The position numbers and the translations under genes were made by a program. Below are positions 58,837 to 64,000 of a stretch of DNA of 64,000 bases, piece after piece. The notes beneath the pieces are model-generated. The model had not been told where the DNA came from and searched no databases. It saw only the letters and a program-made list of their open reading frames with translations. Source of the DNA: Leptonemataceae bacterium (GTDB lineage Bacteria > Spirochaetota > Leptospiria > Leptospirales > Leptonemataceae); the NCBI GenBank assembly GCA_965227295.1, contig OZ245742.1, positions 928,001 through 992,000 on the forward strand, written 5' to 3'. Every line of letters starts with the position of its first letter. Positions within the stretch are counted from its first letter, which is position 1.

Positions 58837-59601
58837 GTGGCCGGTCACGATGTAGAAATCGAAAGTTCTTTTGTGGTCTTTTCCGGGCGTGTCCTCGACT
58901 GGCTCGGCAACTTCGATTCCATCGCGGGTTATGCCTGCGGCAAAGCCCGGCAACAAAGCATCCGGGACGTCTACTTCGATACCCCCGCTGGAGATCTGGA
59001 AGCCCGGCGCATCGCGTTCCGTCTCCGTCGCAAGGACGAGACTGTTCTGCTGACCGTGAAAGGACCGGCGCTGCAAAGCGGCAGCGAGGGCACCACGCGC
59101 GAAGAGATCGAGCGGCCCTGGTCCGCCGGGGCACTCGAGGAAATCGCCGGGTACCTGCGGCAGCACGGCGTAACCCTGCAACTCCCCGAACCCCTGGCCG
59201 GCTATCCCGAAGAAATCCTGCAAACCGCCGGCCTCGCCATCGTGCAGGATCGGACCTGCGACCGCCTCGTCCGCGATCTCTACGACAGCGAAGATCGTGC
59301 CGTCGTCGAACTCGCCGTGGATCGCGTGCACTACCGCTTCGGCGAGCGCACCATTGAACACACGGAAGTGGAACTGGAAAGCCACGGCGACCACGCCGCC
59401 GATCTTCAGCGCATCGTCGCCGGGTTACGCGAGCATTTCGGCGCGACGCTGAAGTCCTGGGAGTACGGCAAGATCGCCACCGGTAAGGCCATCGAGCAAC
59501 TACTGCAGAACGGCGATCTGGACCGGCATCACTGGCTCGACGAACACGACCGCCTCAAGGCCCCGGCGTACGAACACGTTCGCGGCCTGTTGCACGCTTG
59601 A
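58837..59601 (+). CDS. CYTH domain protein
   Basis: VEIE, DVYFDT...L, RLR...LTVKG, REEIE, EVELE. Confidence 0.8.
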   Translation: MAGHDVEIESSFVVFSGRVLDWLGNFDSIAGYACGKARQQSIRDVYFDTPAGDLEARRIAFRLRRKDETVLLTVKGPALQSGSEGTTREEIERPWSAGALEEIAGYLRQHGVTLQLPEPLAGYPEEILQTAGLAIVQDRTCDRLVRDLYDSEDRAVVELAVDRVHYRFGERTIEHTEVELESHGDHAADLQRIVAGLREHFGATLKSWEYGKIATGKAIEQLLQNGDLDRHHWLDEHDRLKAPAYEHVRGLLHA

Positions 59602-59602
59602 G

Positions 59603-60136
59603 TTACGGCTGATCGATGGGATCCGGGCAAACTTCCTTTAATCTGCACTTAGCACACTCGTTGCCCAAAAACACCGCCTCGTACTGATCCATCATCCGCC
59701 GCACCAGGCGCGGCTCATCGGTAATGATTCCGGCCTCGAAGTTCCGCCGGTCCCGGTGCTTCGCGCCCATGCCGGCGCCGGTAACGTTCGCCGAACCGAT
59801 GTACGCCCGTTTACCGTCGATGATCAGCGTTTTGAAATGCACGCGCGGGCACAGCAGTCGCTCGAAGCGCTCGGAGTCGGTGAGGGCCGGATAACGATCG
59901 AAGCTGCGACGAAAGCGCGGCCCGGGTTCTTTCGCATGCAGCAAACGAATCTCCACGCCGCGTTCCACCAGGGCGGCCAGTCCCGCGAGCCACGGTGCAA
60001 AACGACGGCCGCTCTGTACGTGAAGATCCTTGAGATCGGCCGTGCCGATCCACAGAAACTTTTTTGTGCTTTGCGGTATTGCTTCGAGTAGAAAGCGTTC
60101 GTAAAGCTCTTCGTTGAGTACGAGTTCCGTCGCCAT
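59603..60136 (-). CDS. Single-HKD phospholipase D/Nuc-family protein with C-terminal Cys cluster
   Basis: HFKTLIID...IGSANVTG, RNFEAG; CAKCRLKEVCPDP. Confidence 0.85.
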   Translation of the reverse strand: MATELVLNEELYERFLLEAIPQSTKKFLWIGTADLKDLHVQSGRRFAPWLAGLAALVERGVEIRLLHAKEPGPRFRRSFDRYPALTDSERFERLLCPRVHFKTLIIDGKRAYIGSANVTGAGMGAKHRDRRNFEAGIITDEPRLVRRMMDQYEAVFLGNECAKCRLKEVCPDPIDQP

Positions 60137-61016
60137 GTTTCGCTGGTTCGTTTCCGTTGTCGCAGTCTTCTATGAGTACGTGCGTGCGCTCTCGCTGGAT
60201 GTCGTCGCGGGCAGCCTGGCCGGCGCTGCTCTGGCCGTCGTCGTCTGTGAGACGAAGATGCCTCTCGCCTGGTGGTTGCTTCTGCCGCTGATCGTGTGGA
60301 TCATCTACAGCACGGATCATCTCCTGGACGCCCGGCGCATCGGGCCCTCGGCGACGACCTTCCGTCATCGTTTCCATTATCGTCACTTTCGCGTGCTGGG
60401 CCTGGTCACCTTTCTCGCCGCCGTCCTGGCCGCGCATCTGATCTTCTTCGAACTCACGCGCTACCCGCGTATCTTCTTCGCCGGCCTGTTCCTCGGAACC
60501 CTGGTGCTCGCGCATCTCGGACTGGCCCAGGTCACACGCTGGCGCGGCTATCCGGCGGAACTGCTGATCGCCGCGCTGTACACCATCGGCATTTGGTTCG
60601 GGCCGCTATTGCAACGAGACCAGGGCATCACCGGAACCGCCGTGCCCGCGATTCTGCTCGGTTTCTTTCTCGCGGCCTTCGGGAATCTGCTCGTGTTTTC
60701 CCTGTTCGAACGACACATCGACGCGCGTGAAGCACCGAATACGATCGTGCTCGCCGGCGGCCCGGTGTTCGCTGAACGCCTGGTTCGATTCTGCGCGTTC
60801 GGCGCGGTGCTCGGCTATGTTGCGATCGGACTATCGCAGAACGACGACCTGGCCCGGGCGGCGGCTCTGATCGTTGCTATGACGGCGATGATACCGGCCG
60901 TGGTGTACGCGGGGCGTTCGTTTTTCGGCGAACACGAACGCTATCGCATTGTCTGTGATGGAGTGTTCTTGCTGTACGCACTGCCGTACGTCTGGCAAGA
61001 GCTTGCTAACAGTTAG
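60135..61016 (+). CDS. UbiA-like polytopic membrane protein
   Basis: LSLDVVAG, WIIYSTDHLLDA...RH.FH; about 8 TM. Confidence 0.65.
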   Translation: MFRWFVSVVAVFYEYVRALSLDVVAGSLAGAALAVVVCETKMPLAWWLLLPLIVWIIYSTDHLLDARRIGPSATTFRHRFHYRHFRVLGLVTFLAAVLAAHLIFFELTRYPRIFFAGLFLGTLVLAHLGLAQVTRWRGYPAELLIAALYTIGIWFGPLLQRDQGITGTAVPAILLGFFLAAFGNLLVFSLFERHIDAREAPNTIVLAGGPVFAERLVRFCAFGAVLGYVAIGLSQNDDLARAAALIVAMTAMIPAVVYAGRSFFGEHERYRIVCDGVFLLYALPYVWQELANS

Positions 61017-61028
61017 CAAAACGTAGTT

Positions 61029-62141
61029 ATGAGCGGCCTTGATTTTCTTCCGGACTTCCCCGTCTTCGGCGGCCTCTTGTGTTTCCTCCTGGCCGCCGGT
61101 GAGCTGGTAAGCAGCCGCCGGCGCACGAAGGACGTGCATCGGCGTTCGTCCCTGTACTTCGCCGGTTTTCTGATGTGCCTCGGCATCATCATTCTGCACG
61201 GCTATCTCATTGTATCGCGCCACATGCTCACGCACACCTGGTTCTATTCCGTGCAACTCGGTCCGGCGTATCTGGCCGGCCCGTTGTTCTACGCAACCTT
61301 TCGTACGGCCCTCGACGGAGAGCAAACCCCGCGCATGCACGCATGGCACTGGTTGCCCGGCGGGGCGGCATTCCTGCCGGGCCTGACGATCATCCTTCAG
61401 AGCACGGAAGCGAAGATCGCGCGGGTGCAACATACGTATGCCGGCGGCACAAGCCTGGAATTCTGGCTGGTCGTCGGCGCCTTCGCCCACTTCGCCGCTT
61501 ATGCCGGAGCGCTGATGCTCTACGCCGCCCCGGGTCTGCGCGCCGCCCACCGGGACACGATTCTACCGAGGGTTCCCTGGATTGCCGGCTTTGCCGTTGC
61601 GGGTATCGGCATTTCGGCGATCAGCATCGCCGTGTTGCTCGGCGGCGCCGTACGCGCGCTCTCGGTTTCGATTCACTTCATGACCTTCTGGTTGCTTGTG
61701 CAGTATCTCACGTCCCGGGCATATCCGGATTTTTTCGAGATCGCCGGGACGGAAATGCGGCGGGGGAGCTATCGGCTTTCGCGCCTGGGCGGCCTGGACC
61801 TGAACGAACTGGAGCGCAGACTGGAACGCCTCATGCTGGAGGAACGGATCTATCTGCAAGAGGAACTGAGCATCGCGGACCTGTCGCGTTTTCTCGGCGT
61901 GAGTGTGCATCAGCTCTCGGAGTTCTTTAACAAGAATCTGGGCGTGAATTTCGCGAACTACGTAAACCGCTATCGCATACGGGAAGCGCAGCGCCTGCTG
62001 CGAGAACGCGAGGATCTTACGATCCTGAACATCGCGTACGAGGTCGGCTTTAATTCGAAGTCCGCCTTTCACACGGCCTTTCAACGTCACTGCGAAACCA
62101 CGCCATCGGAGTACCGGCGCAAGGCTCGCGTCAAAAATTAA
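61029..62141 (+). CDS. Membrane-anchored AraC family regulator
   Basis: N-terminal multi-TM region; C-terminal NFANYVNRYRI...IAYEVGFNSKSAF..AF. Confidence 0.92.
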   Translation: MSGLDFLPDFPVFGGLLCFLLAAGELVSSRRRTKDVHRRSSLYFAGFLMCLGIIILHGYLIVSRHMLTHTWFYSVQLGPAYLAGPLFYATFRTALDGEQTPRMHAWHWLPGGAAFLPGLTIILQSTEAKIARVQHTYAGGTSLEFWLVVGAFAHFAAYAGALMLYAAPGLRAAHRDTILPRVPWIAGFAVAGIGISAISIAVLLGGAVRALSVSIHFMTFWLLVQYLTSRAYPDFFEIAGTEMRRGSYRLSRLGGLDLNELERRLERLMLEERIYLQEELSIADLSRFLGVSVHQLSEFFNKNLGVNFANYVNRYRIREAQRLLREREDLTILNIAYEVGFNSKSAFHTAFQRHCETTPSEYRRKARVKN

Positions 62142-62199
62142 TCCGTCCGGAATTATACAACGAAACGATCCGCGGTCGCTACAGTGTTAACATGCGACC

Positions 62200-63174
62200 A
62201 TGAACGATCGCGACTACTGGAAACGTTACTACGACAACGACACCGTCCGGCGCAGCGAAGCGCTGCGCAGTGAACACCGCGTCCCATCCGGCGACGTGAG
62301 TTTGCATGTGGATGTCTATCGCCAGCCGGACGATACGGCGCCGCTGATCCTGGTGAATCACGGCGGCGGCGGATACTGCCGCATCTTCGTACACGTGGCG
62401 CTGCGTTTGTTTGAACGCGGCTATACGGTGGTCCTGCCCGACCAACGCGGCCAGGGCTATTCCGAAGGGGATCGCGGAGACTTCGTCGCCGGAGATTTCG
62501 TGGCGAACGTCATCGACGCCGCGCACTGGTGCCGCGCGGAATTTCCCCGCGCGCGTTCTTTTGCCATGGCCGGCGGCAGCGTGGGCGGCGCACTCACGTA
62601 TGCCGCGGGGGCCGCCGGGGCTCCCGTGGACGCGCTGATCTGCCACAATCTCTACGACTTCGGCACGGCCCGGGACGCCCTCGCCGTTTCCCGCCTGGCG
62701 TTCCTCAATCGCATTCCGGGCGCGGCGCGCATCGCGACGGCAATCCTGCGCTTCACGGCGAGGTTGTTCCCGCGCTTGCGCATACCGTTTCACTGGTTGG
62801 GTTCGTTCGAAACGATGGTGGACGAACGCGACAGCGGCTTCTTCGAAACGTGGCGCGAGGACCCCGCACCGATTCGTCGCGTAACGTTGCGCTACATCGC
62901 TTCGATGTCCGCGACTCCGCCGGCCGTCCCCTTCGCGGACAACCGAATACCGGTGCTGGTGCTCAATCCCGTTCGCGATCGCATGACGCATCCGGCCGTC
63001 ACTCGCCGCAACTTCGAACGTCTGGGCGGACCGAAGCAGTACGCCGAACTTCCGTTCGGCCACTGGTCGCTGAGTCCGGCCTTCGCCGATGAGTGGTGCG
63101 AGCTGGTGGACAAATTTCTGCGCGACACGAACATGCAGCGTGCCGGAACGAAAGCTCCCCGCGTACAACTTTGA
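62200..63174 (+). CDS. Alpha/beta hydrolase (lysophospholipase-like)
   Basis: NHGGG, DQRGQGYSEG, GGSVGG nucleophile elbow, D...GH. Confidence 0.85.
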   Translation: MNDRDYWKRYYDNDTVRRSEALRSEHRVPSGDVSLHVDVYRQPDDTAPLILVNHGGGGYCRIFVHVALRLFERGYTVVLPDQRGQGYSEGDRGDFVAGDFVANVIDAAHWCRAEFPRARSFAMAGGSVGGALTYAAGAAGAPVDALICHNLYDFGTARDALAVSRLAFLNRIPGAARIATAILRFTARLFPRLRIPFHWLGSFETMVDERDSGFFETWREDPAPIRRVTLRYIASMSATPPAVPFADNRIPVLVLNPVRDRMTHPAVTRRNFERLGGPKQYAELPFGHWSLSPAFADEWCELVDKFLRDTNMQRAGTKAPRVQL

Positions 63175-63835
63175 CCGCCTCGCCGGAATCTACGACGTGC
63201 TGCTGCAAATCACGTCCGGCCGGCTCATCGCACGCAGTCGCCGGGCGCTGCTGTCGCATCTTTCACCTGGCCGGCATGCGCTCATTGCCGGCGAAGGTAC
63301 CGGCGAATTCCTGGCCAACCTTGCCGTATTGGGAATCTTTCAACACATTACCTGCGTGGATCTTTCACGCAAGATGCTGCAGCGCGCGGAGCGGCGGCTC
63401 AGGAAATTGCGGAAGATCCGTGGAAAAAACGCGCAGAATGCAACGGCTTCCTTCGTCGAATTCGTTCAGATGGATTTGCGCCGGGAAGTTCCCGTCGCGC
63501 CGGGGTCCGTGGACCTCGTCGTAACGAACTATTTTCTCGACGTCTTTCCAGAGGATGAACTCGAAGTTGTGATGAATCGCCTGGACAACTCGCTCGCCGC
63601 CGGCGGAGTGTGGTACTTCAGCGACTTCGTCAACCGGCCGCGCTGGAAATTTCTGAGACTCATCTTCGCTGTCGGCGTACGTATGTTGTATTTCGTCTTC
63701 GGATGGACGACGGGCATGGTGAACACCCGCCTTCCGGAGTACGATGACCACTTCGCACGCCTGGGCTATACCCTGGAAGCGGAGCGCAGCCTCTTCGGAG
63801 GTCTGCTGGCGTGCCGGCTTTATCGAAAGCCGTAA
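63140..63835 (+). CDS. Class I SAM-dependent methyltransferase
   Basis: FDRLAGIYD, LIAGEGTG, VDLSRKML, TNYFLD, SDF. Confidence 0.85.
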   Translation: MPERKLPAYNFDRLAGIYDVLLQITSGRLIARSRRALLSHLSPGRHALIAGEGTGEFLANLAVLGIFQHITCVDLSRKMLQRAERRLRKLRKIRGKNAQNATASFVEFVQMDLRREVPVAPGSVDLVVTNYFLDVFPEDELEVVMNRLDNSLAAGGVWYFSDFVNRPRWKFLRLIFAVGVRMLYFVFGWTTGMVNTRLPEYDDHFARLGYTLEAERSLFGGLLACRLYRKP

Positions 63836-63895
63836 ACATTTTGATTGTAATCGTATGCAATACGTTGTATCTGACCTGGACAGGGTAACACCCGC

Positions 63896-64000
63896 GTGCT
63901 GACCGAAGTACTGAAGAAAGACGACTACGCCATCCTGCTTATCCAGGAAGATCAGCTGAACTTCACGGCCGGTCCCGGCCTGCGCCAGAGCATCGCCGGA
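63896..64000 (+). CDS. N-terminal fragment, possibly a STAS-domain protein; truncated by the window edge
   Basis: GTG-started open frame MLTEVLKKDDYAILLIQEDQLNFTAGPGLRQSIAG runs off the window. Confidence 0.45.
   Translation, partial: MLTEVLKKDDYAILLIQEDQLNFTAGPGLRQSIAG

Overview
A GC-rich bacterial chromosomal window. The gene content (many Cys-lipobox lipoproteins, SpoIIE/STAS partner-switching genes, TonB receptors, a cNMP-TPR/Crp pair, membrane-anchored AraC) suggests a Leptospiraceae-like spirochaete; this is inference. It holds about 65 CDS, including hemJ, hisD, rpsT, gap, pgk, an M17 aminopeptidase, znuACB, mscS and a Fic protein, plus one tRNA-Val(TAC). I see no CRISPR array, rRNA, prophage or transposase. 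The best leads are: (1) a GxxExxY (PD-(D/E)xK-like) gene enclosed by 32-bp inverted repeats inside an operon of two Rieske-fused enzymes; (2) a His/CxxC/RGPP DUF2946-like leader ORF, a candidate metal-sensing ribosome-arrest peptide, heading a Zn-type uptake operon; (3) two back-to-back, structurally similar palindromes displaying A(N)GGA loops; (4) a SiaABC-like cascade ending in a second phosphatase rather than a diguanylate cyclase; (5) a ~250-nt highly structured intergenic element; (6) a TonB receptor operon with a catalytically incomplete 5'-nucleotidase lipoprotein. All product calls come from reading motifs by eye; no searches were run.
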